This document shows positions 34,720 to 45,899 of a stretch of 64,000 bases of DNA, one piece after another. The stretch comes from Flectonema sp. DT1601 (lineage: Eukaryota): positions 1,240,001 through 1,304,000 of the forward strand of contig OZ025783.1 in NCBI GenBank assembly GCA_964019425.1, in the 5' to 3' direction. The position numbers and the translations under genes were made by a program. The notes under the pieces were generated by a model. That model was given only the letters and a program-made list of their open reading frames with translations. It had not been told where the DNA came from and made no database searches. Every line of letters starts with the position of its first letter. Position 1 is the first letter of the stretch.

Positions 34720-35988
34720 AGGGTGGCTGCCTAGTTGCCCTTTTTTTAACTGAATAAACATGCTTTCAGTTTGCTTAACTATTGTGAAATAAGAGAGATC
34801 CATATCGGGCACAGGTAGGGGATGTCGGTATCGATTCAGTTTTTTTTTTTTTTTTTTCCCTTTCAAATCGCCTGATTCGTAAGATAAATATAAAGACGGG
34901 GGTAGTGGTGTAGGGATTGACCATAATATTAGTATTGCTAGCCATTTCTCGAGGATGCTTTAAGTCGTTTTTGTGCTTATGCAAATTTACTCATTTTCCA
35001 CTTGCCTTTTTTTTTGCAAACGAACGTTTCATTCCTACCTCAAGAAAGTATCAAATGTACCCCTTCTTAATATTATCTTGTGTTGAATTTGTGAAGCTTC
35101 GCTGTCTGCTGCTTTTTTTCTTTTACCAGCCTGTTTTTAGTTCTTTTTGGTTTGTTTTACCTGAAAAAAAAATTCCCCTGCTCTTTTTTTTTTTTTTTGC
35201 ACCGACGAAGTAGGAGACTATTCAGATTAAGAGCCGTTTATTTATTATTGTCAAATATTATCTATTTCACCGTGCGCCCCAGTAATGCTGTCTGCGATCA
35301 ACAAAACATAAATGGTAGATTTTGCTTCCTCTGAATAGGTTTTTTTTTCTCTTTTTTTTTCTGGGAAGGAAATACGCCTCCAGTCTCACTGTCTTTATTG
35401 CAACTATGGAAACGAAGAACTCACTCCATGAAATACCTTAGTGAGGTTCGCTCATATAGGATTTATAATAATGGACTCAGAGAAGAAACTATTCAGATTG
35501 AAAGCCGTTATTTCTTATAGTTGTCCGCGACAGGATTCTGTTTGTGCTTTCAGCGAAATATAAATGGTAGATTTTTGTATTCTGATGATCGTCGTATTTT
35601 GTATTGAGTGGCTCGCCATCTCGTTTATTAAACATTGCACCTTGTGGTTTGTGTTTGCTTTTTTTTTCTTTTTCTTATTTTTTATGAAAACAATTTAGCA
35701 ACCTTTGTTGCTAGGAGTGTGGTTGTTACCTTTACACGTATGTCTTTATTTATAGCCATATCCGTAACTTTCGGGAAAAAGGATTGGCTCTAAGGACACA
35801 TGCCGGTCTGCGAAGGGTCTCAGCACATCCATCACTGCATTCTTTATGTATTTCCTCGTATAACCCATTTCTGGTCTGTTTGGTAAACGGGATTTATCAC
35901 ATACCTGTTCTATAAAATTATTAGTTTTTTTTTTTCCTTTTTCTTTCTTCCTTCGATTCCAGTTGGTTTCCTTGTTGTCGCGAAAATT

Positions 35989-36029
<41 letters not shown>

Positions 36030-36180
36030 ACCATTTTTTTCCCGTCTTGCGACTCTGGGCAAGTTCTTAGAAATATTTGCGTCATCGATGAGGTGGTTAA
36101 AAATAACTGCTTCAGAATGATATTGGGTAAATTTCTTATTTTTTTAAAAAAAAATATTTATTTTAGGAATCAACTTCAAT

Positions 36181-39100
36181 ATGACACACCTTCCTATTCC
36201 TGGGATGTCGGTGAAAGGTACCGTGAAGTTAGACTTTTTACCGAGAGCAAGAGAATTTGGAGCTGTACATTTCACAGGCGAAGACGTAGCTGCAGTTGAA
36301 AAAGCAGCAGTAGATTTAACCAGAATGAGAGATGATCTGCTTAGTACACAACAAGACAAGGTTGAGAAAAGCGAAGCTTTAGCTTACTATGGTCATGCAC
36401 TTAATTATTTTAAACATATGCCTGGTGGAGTAGGTCTTCCTGTGTTTCAATGGGCTGATGTAACCGGACTGCATCCTGCTACGGGTTCTGTCGCATCACC
36501 AGTACTGGAATTGGCATCAATTTTATTTAACATTGCTGTACGTAATATCCAGAAATGTGGTTTACTACTGGCATCTGATCCCAAACAGTGTACACAACTT
36601 CTTCGTGAGGCGTCTGCTGTTTTTTCACTTATTAAAGAACGTCATACTCTGGAGGGTTCAATTGATCTGAGATCAGATGTGTTGCATTGCCTCTCCGATT
36701 ATTACATGGCTTTTTTGTATCTCGCGGCATATAAACAAATGGACCCATCAAATTTAAAGAACAGACAGAAATTCGCAGGAGAACTCTCCAGTCAATTAAG
36801 ATCAGTTTTAAATAATCACAACATTGCATTAAATAATATGAATCAAAGATTTAGAGAAGCAGCTGTGTTTTATGAAGGATTGTTCGCAGCACAACACTGG
36901 CTACACGTTGCAGAACTTCTCGATGCTGATACCAACGACAGTATGGCGTCTGGTGAAGTTATCGATAGAATCAAACACAACATAGGTCCGATTGTTATAA
37001 AACTCGAAGATATTGATAAAGAACTACGTACCCTTCCTATTCCTCAGGAACAGAAAGAAACCTATCAGCTTATTTTAAATGAATTACTGTCTAAGGTTGG
37101 TGTGACTCATACAAGCTTAAGTGGCCAAATCAGAATTTTTGATGGTCGGAGAAAACCAGCAGAAAATTGGGTAATGACAACACTCGCAGCAAAAGTAAGC
37201 AAATCAACATTTGTGATTGAAGAACAAGCGGATGCTTTAACATCACTCCCACCAGCAGCAGCAGGTATTGAACTAAAGCGTTATGAAGCTGGGGTAGCTG
37301 CTTTCTTATCAACAGCTAAAGCAAATGGAGCAGCAGCCTGTGCCGACATATCGAACAAGTTTGCTCACCTCCCAGTCACTGGTATCCTTTCAAGACAACA
37401 TAGCGAAGGTGAATCTCTCCTCCCAAAGACACTTGCCGATAAGATTACTGCACTACACCTTGAATTAGAGTCTCCATCAGTATCCGTCAACACCTCTCTT
37501 GAGGCTGTAAAAAGTCTGGCTATGACTTGTCGAAATCAAATTAATGAATCTGAAGAAGCTGTATGAAATTATTTTTATTTTGTCAATTTTTTTTTTATAG
37601 TTTGTCAACCATACTTGTACCCCTTTAAAGGGGGCAAAATAAAGGGTAAAAGGTGCCTAAGTGCACACGAACGACCAGTGGAATGGCCAATCATAAAAGG
37701 TAACAGGAGAGGAATAAAAAGACGATGACATCACTCGGTGTCTGAATCATCACAGTCAGCTTCCCCGTCTGAAGCCCAGTCGAGCTCGTCAACATCGTCA
37801 GACCCAACAACGTTGGTGATGTCTTTGTTGATGAAAAGCTGAGTTCTCATCCCCAAAGACTGGGTCGTCAGGCGTTTCCGGCGCTTGTTTGACAGAATTA
37901 GTTCCATATTACTGAAACCACTGTCTACCCCGGTCACAATCGGTGTGATGCTCGTGATTGTGAGCGCGCTCTTTTTCAGAGCGGGGTACGTCTCCGAGTT
38001 CTTCCAGAACGAGAAACAGGAACCGCTGACTGCCGTACTCACGTGCGTGTCAGTAACCCAGGTACGGTACTCGGTAGCGGATGCTTCATCGAAAATAGTT
38101 GGAAATGTTGAGAGCAGCATTTCAACCGAGGAGTCAACGATTCCCTTCTTGAGCCTCGCAACTGCTGGGTGCAGGAGTCTCGCAGCAGTGTATATTGCTG
38201 CGTGGTCAGCCTCGTATGCCTGCTGCAGGGAACTGGCCAACTCAGGGCACTTCTTCCTGAGATCTGCCACTTCATCGATGAAGTGTGCGATGGGCTCCAG
38301 GATTTCCTTTGCCTGTGCTGCTTCGTTCCACACCGCATCCCGTCTGTCGTTCGCAGCCTTCCTTGCTTCCACCGTGGCATCGACTCCTGGCGAGAATATC
38401 CGCAAGAGTCCCTTCACGCTCTCGCAGGTGGTGCTCCCGAATCGTTCAGATTCTTGCTGGACGAATCCAACAATGCTGTGTCTCTTGAGGCAGAGATGGC
38501 TGAGTATCCTGAACTGGCTCGTCCACCTTGTCCCGCCTGACGACACCATTGCAGCTGGTGGTTCAGGTTTTCCTGCACTCTCTTGCCCAGCAAGCCGCAG
38601 TTCTCCGATGACGGACCCGATGTGGCTCTGGGTTGGTCCCGGCTTGTCGACTCCCCTCAGGACATCTACGTACCGTGTCCAGACGTCAGCCAGACCATCT
38701 TCCACTTCAGCCTGCGAGAAAAGGTCGAAGCTTTCCCGCAGGGCAAGCAGAGCTTCGATGACATCGCTGTCATGCCCAACCTGCTCCTTCTCCGCTGTCT
38801 TCTTTTGGAATGCAAGATACCTTCGTTCTCGTGTCGGGGCGTTGAACATCATGTTCTGCCACGTGCAACTTCGGAAAAGTGCCTTTGATAAAGGTTTTCA
38901 CAACAGTGTCCCAGACAGAACACAACAAGAACTGGAAGTCTGGAAACTCCCTTCACGTTGTACGTGGCCTTGTCCATCACCATGAACCGAAGGTTGGGGT
39001 ACTTTACGAGTACCTTCTTAACAAACTTTGAGAAAAGAAAAAAAAACAATAGCAAAAAAAAAATCATAAAAACAGTACCAAGCAGCGGTGAGGGAAGATG

Positions 39101-40255
39101 CTAGCGGTTTTGAGAAATTTGGAGCTCGTTGGAAGGCAAACAGGGAAGACTTTGCTTTACAACAAGGATCTAAAAACTTTGTATCGGTATGCTTTAATCA
39201 ATTTATTTTGTTAAAATAAAATACTTCGATCCGATAATATAATAACACAACAGGCTGCTGCTGACTACAGAAGACGTTTAGATGATGCGGCAAAGGTAGA
39301 CGCTGGATTCGAACAGCAAATAAAAGAACTCAACATGGAACTTATCGATAGAATACCCACAACACACGAGGAACATCTGAAATGTACGCAAACAAACAAC
39401 AGCATACCAAAGGAAGAAGTAACTGCAATGCTTGAAGAACTAAAAACTCATTCTCTCACAATCGAGACGGGGATTGAACAGATGAATGGAAAACTGTTTG
39501 AGTTAGAACAGAAGATTAACTCTGAGGCTGAAGGGATAATGACCGAGCTTCTCGCAACGAAGGGAGGCGAACCAGCCTACCAGAAACTCTTGTCATCAAA
39601 GATGGAAGAACACAAACAATGTGAAACACAAATAGAAGCTATTAAATTATCCCTAGAAGATGAACTAGCAGTTGTTGAACAGATCTGTGGTAATATTAAA
39701 AACAACGATCCTACCTACGATGAGGATATGAAAGTAGACTACATCAGAAGTGTTGATGAAGCAATCTCTGGTTATTACAGCATTAGAGCAAACCTTGAAA
39801 AAACAACTGCATTCTATCCACAGATGTCTGAGTCGTGTGCTAACATGCAGACATGGGTCCGTGATCACGTACTCTCTCAGTGTTTTGATGAGAGGAAGAG
39901 TCTACTTGGGTTAGAGAACACGAGATCAGTTCAGGAAAAAACCGATTTCGAGTTTGCGACTAATCTCAACGATGGATTAAACACCGCTCAAAGTGCACCA
40001 ACGTATGTGATGGCACCAACAGCTAATCCATATTTTCAAGCAACTGCGCCACCTGCTTGTGCTCCACCTACTCTATCTGGATCGAGGTACCAACCTGGTG
40101 CTGCAGTGTGTACGACTTTAACATTCGGTGGTCAATCTCAGAGTGCAACTGTTGTTAGTGGGACTCATGCAGTCTACGCATTGCGTCTCAGTAATGGTGA
40201 AGTTGTGACTGACGTACCTGCAGCTTGTGTGTACCCAGCCGCGATGTCTATGTAA
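36181..40255 (+). CDS. BRO1/ALIX-family ESCRT-associated protein; exons 36181-37560, 39076-39180, 39254-40255
   Basis: BRO1 motifs F.W.D and LELASILFNIA. A 105-nt exon absent from the ORF track (YQAAVREDASGFEKFGARWKANRE..) resembles the ALIX V-domain E..D...KF..RW motif. Also NLEK...FY and a Pro-rich tail. Both introns are GT-AG, phase 0. Confidence 0.85.
37600..39030 (-). mobile_element. hAT-family transposase remnant inside intron 1 of the BRO1 gene (frameshifted, N-terminally truncated)
   Basis: VMDKATYN and FCLGH (CxxH) in 38849-39030; GTRWTS and a C-terminal dimerisation-like FW....YPAL...A..ITSITP....DSGFS....LS.KRR.RL in 37731-38852. GC-richer than the host. Confidence 0.85.
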
Positions 40256-40803
40256 TGGACTCGTGTTCCCTCTCTCTTTTTTATTTTTTGTTTTCTGATT
40301 CTTCTCAACGAGGTCTACCAACCTCCCGTTTCTCAGTTACGTTACCACAAAAGACAAGTGTTCTTTGACACGTTTTTTCTTCGTTTTTTTTTTCTTCTTC
40401 TTTCCACACAAAGTGTATTCGGTATTTGCACTCGTGGAATACCCTTTTCAGTTGTCGATTTTAAAACTGTAAAACAACACCTCTTTCTGCTTGAGAGGAG
40501 AAGGGACAGAGTACCGATACCTTGGATCCAAACAAGCGTGAATTAAATACAGTCTTCCTGTGAAGAGTGTGGTAAAGGAAACCAAGAACAAAGAGAAAAA
40601 AAAAAATTCGAACGGAAAAAAAAAAAAAAAAAAAAAAAAAGAAGTTTGCTTCGCTCTCCAAAATGCTGCTAACCTTTCTCGTTAAATTGGTGGCAAAGTT
40701 TTTTTTTTTTTTTTTTTTAAAATTATTTTTTGTTTCATTTGTGAGTCTTGACAGTGTAATCCTTTTTTGTTTAAATACTTCGTTTCCCAGATCGTAAAAA
40801 AAG

Positions 40804-42429
40804 ATGCTATCGACCCCTATTACACTGTGTCTTGACAGGTGGTCGTGGGGTCCTCACCAGGGTACTTGTCTTCCTCAGAAAGATGTTCAATATCGATCTA
40901 GGATCAAAGAAATTGAAAATAATAAAAAAACAACAATCGGAGTGATAAAAAAAATATTAGCAACCGCTGGAGGTGGAAAAGGACCAAAAATTATTATAAA
41001 AATTGGAAATGACGAGGCTAAATGGGAATCAATTATAGAAATTTGCAATAAATTTAATACTTGGGGAGTACCCCTACCCATAGTAACGCAATCATGGTAC
41101 ATTGATAAGGAGTTTGGCATGGATGCAGTGTCTGGGTTTTGTCCGAAATTACTTACAGTAGTCCGGAATGAAACTGATATTCCACGGTGTCTTACTTCAC
41201 AGATCGTAGTTGATGACTATATAGGTCTCGTAGAGGATGATTCATTGTTTGAAATGATTTCAAATAAAAGATTGTACATGATTGACTTATCATTTCTATC
41301 TGTAATTAAATCAATCTCTTCACCAGTTTGTTTGTTCTATCAAACCTCAGATGATCAACTGCTACCAATCGTTTTACAGTTATCACCCTACGGAACTGTT
41401 TTCACTCCTAATGACAACTCATACGCCTGGATCATGGCTAAGTTATTGTACAAACAAGCAGCTCTTTATTGGAAAATTTTCGGTCTTAGAAGGTATTCAT
41501 TGCATTCAGTAGCTGATGTAGCAGCGCAATGCACCACCAGGAACCTATCAATCAAACATCCAATACGACAGTTATTAGAACCGTATTTAAAAGGTGCTGA
41601 TCAGATTAAGATTGAGTATAGAAAAATGCTATCTCCAGGAGGGGCTTTGTATCATCTTTGTGGAGGACATCTCTCGAAGAGGTGTGATGATATAACGCAT
41701 CTCGCAAAGAGGAGATACCATTTTATTAATGATTCTGTGAAGATTGATTTGGAAAGAAGAGGTTTTGATGGTGAAAATCCCCAACTAAGTTACCCATATG
41801 CGGAATCAGCCATTCCTTTGTGGAATTGTATTGAAGACTACTGCTCGTCAATCATTGGACGCTACTACATGGAACCAAGAGACATCACATCAGATCCGGA
41901 ATTAAACTGCTGGATTACGGAGTTGAGAGAAGAAATTACAACTGTTCCTTACCTCAGAGATTATTCAAAAGATCCTCTTGTCTTTATTTGTTCTAGTTTG
42001 GTGTGGTTGTGTACTGGAGGGGCATCAGCTTGGAGAGGAGATCATTTTGATAATAATTCATTTTGTCTTGAAGGTCCATTTATGTTAAATTGTGAATCGT
42101 ATCAGTTGTTACCAAAAAGTGATGTCGATTTGAAATTTGTGTTGTCGGCTTTGCCTTCGATCGGTTTTTGTGAAACTCAAATGAACTTTATCGAAGCTTC
42201 CAACGCTGCTTATCATTCGGTCCCTCGTCTGCTGTCACAGGAATCCCAGAGATTAAAAGTGTTTCCTGATCAACAAGCTCAGAGTTGTTACCTTCGATTT
42301 ATTGATAGTCTTGCCCACTTCGATGATCAACTGAGTCTGAGAAATCAAAAAAACAAACAAAACACCTTTACTGGTCAAAGTTACAAAGCTTTATTGCCGT
42401 CACAGGTTGCTATGAGTCTAACCATTTAG
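40804..42429 (+). CDS. Lipoxygenase-fold protein, probably catalytically inactive
   Basis: W..DKEFG....G..P, LYMID, P.CLFY, LLPI.LQL, VFTP.D....W..AK, RNL...HPI.QLL.P, DL.RRG, YPYA....LW..I, D.EL..W, C-terminal SLTI. Confidence 0.88.
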   Translation: MLSTPITLCLDRWSWGPHQGTCLPQKDVQYRSRIKEIENNKKTTIGVIKKILATAGGGKGPKIIIKIGNDEAKWESIIEICNKFNTWGVPLPIVTQSWYIDKEFGMDAVSGFCPKLLTVVRNETDIPRCLTSQIVVDDYIGLVEDDSLFEMISNKRLYMIDLSFLSVIKSISSPVCLFYQTSDDQLLPIVLQLSPYGTVFTPNDNSYAWIMAKLLYKQAALYWKIFGLRRYSLHSVADVAAQCTTRNLSIKHPIRQLLEPYLKGADQIKIEYRKMLSPGGALYHLCGGHLSKRCDDITHLAKRRYHFINDSVKIDLERRGFDGENPQLSYPYAESAIPLWNCIEDYCSSIIGRYYMEPRDITSDPELNCWITELREEITTVPYLRDYSKDPLVFICSSLVWLCTGGASAWRGDHFDNNSFCLEGPFMLNCESYQLLPKSDVDLKFVLSALPSIGFCETQMNFIEASNAAYHSVPRLLSQESQRLKVFPDQQAQSCYLRFIDSLAHFDDQLSLRNQKNKQNTFTGQSYKALLPSQVAMSLTI

Positions 42430-42584
42430 TTTGAGGTGAATACACGTCTGATTTTACACTTTTTTTTATTCGTTACCGTTTATACGTTCGATTTCGTGTT
42501 TTGAAGATTGTTTTTTTAGTCTTAACTGTTGATGTCTCTAATCTCATCTCAAATAAACAGTACCTTCCCCACCCATTATAAATA

Positions 42585-44495
42585 ATGAATCGGTATATCA
42601 CTTTGTTGATATTTTTGATTAATCTTCAAAGTGGACTTTGTCAACAAGAGGCTGGATTCTTTTGGAATCCCAACGGAGATGGAGGAATGACTGCTGAAGA
42701 CCTGCTTTGCGCAGACCCGCAAGATCCATCTAAAGTATTAGTAGCTACAGGAAAGCTTTGTGATGTACCATTGACGACTAAAACAGATTGTAACAATAAA
42801 GCAATTCAGATGGCGAGGTTCTTTTCTCAAGCCATTTACAAACTTTCGGAAGGTCCTGTTGAGATTCCTTCAAACGTTTCTATAAATTATCCAAAGGGAT
42901 GTTGGATTCGCCTTGCAGGACCTAACCTTGATCTGAATCAAACAAGAGTAACAGTCACTACGTCTATTGAAATTCCAGAGGTCGAAGACGAGAAAGCGAT
43001 TGATGCAATAACTACAGCAACTGGTGCGACAGCAGCCCTGGCATCAATTGCGAGTGGATCACTGCTGAGTGGAGGTCAAGGAGCTAAATTAAAAAATTTC
43101 ATAAAACTGACGAGTTGTCCTCCAGACACCGACTCTCAAGATATGGACTTTTTAGATTCACCGACTGGCCTTGGAAGAAGAACCAAAGGAAGTCTGGCAA
43201 ATCACAACGTCATGGAGAGACGTCGACAAATGATGTTGGGGAACATAGCTACGGTTAGTGGGATCCTACTGTGTCATATTTTATTAGTCTGCGTCTGTTA
43301 TGCTTATAAAAGAATTCTTTCAAAACCTGCGACTTTCGAGAAGTGTCTTGCGATTGTCAGGTTTCCGTCTTTTTCAATTTTCCCTTTTTTGATATTATTT
43401 CAACCGATCACGACTCCAGCATTCACTCTCCTATACCACGAACACACATTGTTGGATGTTGTCATTTGCACATTTGCATTTGTTTTTGTCGGATTCATTA
43501 CCTATTTGATGCTAAGATCTACCAGAGACGATGTCTTTCCTTGTGATCTGGAGCAAGATTTAACTAGTAGACCCTGGAGATTGTGGTTCTTTGGAGAGTT
43601 CAGTTGGAATTCCAAAGACGTCGATTCCGACAGATACGAAAGGAGGTTTTCATTAATATTCAAAGATTTCACTGCGACATATAAAAATTTCATAGTGATT
43701 GACATCGTGGTGTTGTTTGTAATTAGTATGGTCTCCGGTTTAATTCCGACGACGAAATTACAATGTGCCGGTCAGGCAATCGTAATGACCTTATCTGAAA
43801 TCGTTTTTTTAGCAATTATATGGAAAATCCAACCGTTTTTAGCTCCGTTTAATCACTATCACTTAGTTGCAGTCACTGTTCTTCAGGTTCTTGGACTGCT
43901 ATGCGCGCTTGGTGCTATTTTGGAACTCCATAAACAGTTTGCTGCTGCCAGCCGAGTACTGTTATTGGCTAGCACTGCTTTTATAACACTTAAATGTTTG
44001 TTTGATATTTTAGTGTGGTTGTACAATAGATTCACAGCATGGAGGGGGAGAAGACGTGCAAAGAAATCTGCACAAAACATGTCCATAAGTGAACCAACCA
44101 GCATCACTACTCCACTAGGAGATGATAGAAAAGTGTGTGAGTCGACCTACTCAAATGATGATAGTCCTGTTGGTGACTTTTCAGGGATTTTGAGTCCGAA
44201 GAACAATCCTTTTAACGCCCAGTTCTCTGATGATGGTGGCGCTACCCCTCTCGTACATGTAATGACACCACCAGCTGTTTCACCAAGGGTGTCTGTTAAC
44301 TATAACAGGAGCTTTGGTCTTCCCACAGCTATAAATTCCCGTCGGGATACTCCAAAACGTCCTCCATCGGGATTTCGAGCTGAACGACCTCGCAGAGAAT
44401 CTCTTGCTTCAGTTCGGGTTGATCGTCCTCGTCGAGAGTCGACAGCGAGAATCGATCTTGACGTTCAATTGCTTCTTCAATCAGCAAATGTTTAA
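42585..44495 (+). CDS. Signal-peptide-bearing multi-pass membrane protein with Ser/Pro/Arg-rich cytosolic tail
   Basis: 636-aa ORF with a hydrophobic N-terminus and ~7-9 hydrophobic segments; family not identified. Confidence 0.85.
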   Translation: MNRYITLLIFLINLQSGLCQQEAGFFWNPNGDGGMTAEDLLCADPQDPSKVLVATGKLCDVPLTTKTDCNNKAIQMARFFSQAIYKLSEGPVEIPSNVSINYPKGCWIRLAGPNLDLNQTRVTVTTSIEIPEVEDEKAIDAITTATGATAALASIASGSLLSGGQGAKLKNFIKLTSCPPDTDSQDMDFLDSPTGLGRRTKGSLANHNVMERRRQMMLGNIATVSGILLCHILLVCVCYAYKRILSKPATFEKCLAIVRFPSFSIFPFLILFQPITTPAFTLLYHEHTLLDVVICTFAFVFVGFITYLMLRSTRDDVFPCDLEQDLTSRPWRLWFFGEFSWNSKDVDSDRYERRFSLIFKDFTATYKNFIVIDIVVLFVISMVSGLIPTTKLQCAGQAIVMTLSEIVFLAIIWKIQPFLAPFNHYHLVAVTVLQVLGLLCALGAILELHKQFAAASRVLLLASTAFITLKCLFDILVWLYNRFTAWRGRRRAKKSAQNMSISEPTSITTPLGDDRKVCESTYSNDDSPVGDFSGILSPKNNPFNAQFSDDGGATPLVHVMTPPAVSPRVSVNYNRSFGLPTAINSRRDTPKRPPSGFRAERPRRESLASVRVDRPRRESTARIDLDVQLLLQSANV

Positions 44496-45459
44496 GTGCT
44501 GTCTCATAAATAATGCTTTAATAAGGTATCGATGTATGTAACTAATAATCACTCGAGGTCATGATAAATTGATCACAGTGATGAGTTCTTGTTGTGTTCT
44601 TTTTCGAATCGAGCTCAAAGACTTAATCTCTTTGCCTGCTCCTCCTGAAAACCCTTTTTTTTTTAAAATTTTTTTCTTTTTTATATATTGAACGTCCCCA
44701 CCTTCTGATCTTTGCCACAGGATCGAGTATGTTTTAGGAGTTTGGTTAGTTATTTCTGTTTTAGAAAAAAAAAAAATAATAATTAAAAAATAATAATAAA
44801 ATTATCTTATCGGCGACATCGCTTTCTGAATCTCTTAACAGTAGTCAGCCACGGTGATAAAATTTAATTGCTCCTTTTATTCATTGCATTTTTTTCCTCT
44901 TTGTTAACTCAAAGTGGTAGCAAGCCAATGGAGCAGTGCATGTATGAGTATCATTGTTCTGCTGTTCGTTAAGGGAAGGAAGAAAAAAAATATATTTCTG
45001 CGAATCTTTTTTTTTTTTTTTTCCACCTTCCCTTCCGGTTTATTATTGTGATGGTTGACTGATCAACTTACATCAAATTTTTTTTTTAAAAATTTTCTTG
45101 CCTTTAAACAACACACAGATATCGTTAAGAGCTAACAAACTAAATCTAACGATGTCGTTCAGATGAACAACCTCTATGATGGCTTCTCTTTGAACAACTA
45201 TTAAGAAGGCCACCATGAGAGAGATTCTCCAGACTTTAGAAATACGTCAGTGAGATTAAGATCTCACTGACATGAGACGCAGCAAAATATTTTCCAACTA
45301 CAAATGGTGTTCTAAGGGTTTTTTACATGCCTGGGAAATACTTATCCAAGCAAATCAGGGCCACCATTAGCCTCTATAAAAAAAAAAAGAAAAGGAAAAA
45401 AAGAAAAAAAAAAAGAAATGTGTCCAATTGAACCATTTGTCGTTGTCAATTTGGATATT

Positions 45460-45495
<36 letters not shown>

Positions 45496-45868
45496 ATAAA
45501 GTCCACTTCACGTGTTGTAGGATGTTTTTTTTTTTTCCTCTCTCTCTTCCCTCTTTTTTTCATATTTTTAAATGTTCGGCTTATTCGAATCGTTCTATTT
45601 TTTTCTTTTTCTAAACGTAACTTGGCATATTAAAAAAATAAAAAAAATAAAAAAAACCGTTCTCCTTTTACACCTAATCTGCGAATACATTTAAGTATAA
45701 ATTTTTTGGTTATCGGCGGTACCTGGTACGCTTCACACCTCTTTTCTTTCCCTTTCTTACATCGTTTGACAACAATGTCGTCTCCCGTATTTGCGATTTT
45801 ATTTTTCTGTATAATGCTGCGTCCGTCGGAAGCGGCTGTGGAAAACGTCTTACTTATTGAAAAGACTT

Positions 45869-45899
<31 letters not shown>

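Noticed and set aside
37885..38985. 366-aa plus-strand ORF
   Set aside because: Antisense shadow of the hAT transposase with no motif of its own.
39026..39078. Minus-strand intron within the hAT transposase
   Set aside because: The flanking sequence is better explained as the BRO1 intron 3' end and plus-strand exon 39076-39180.
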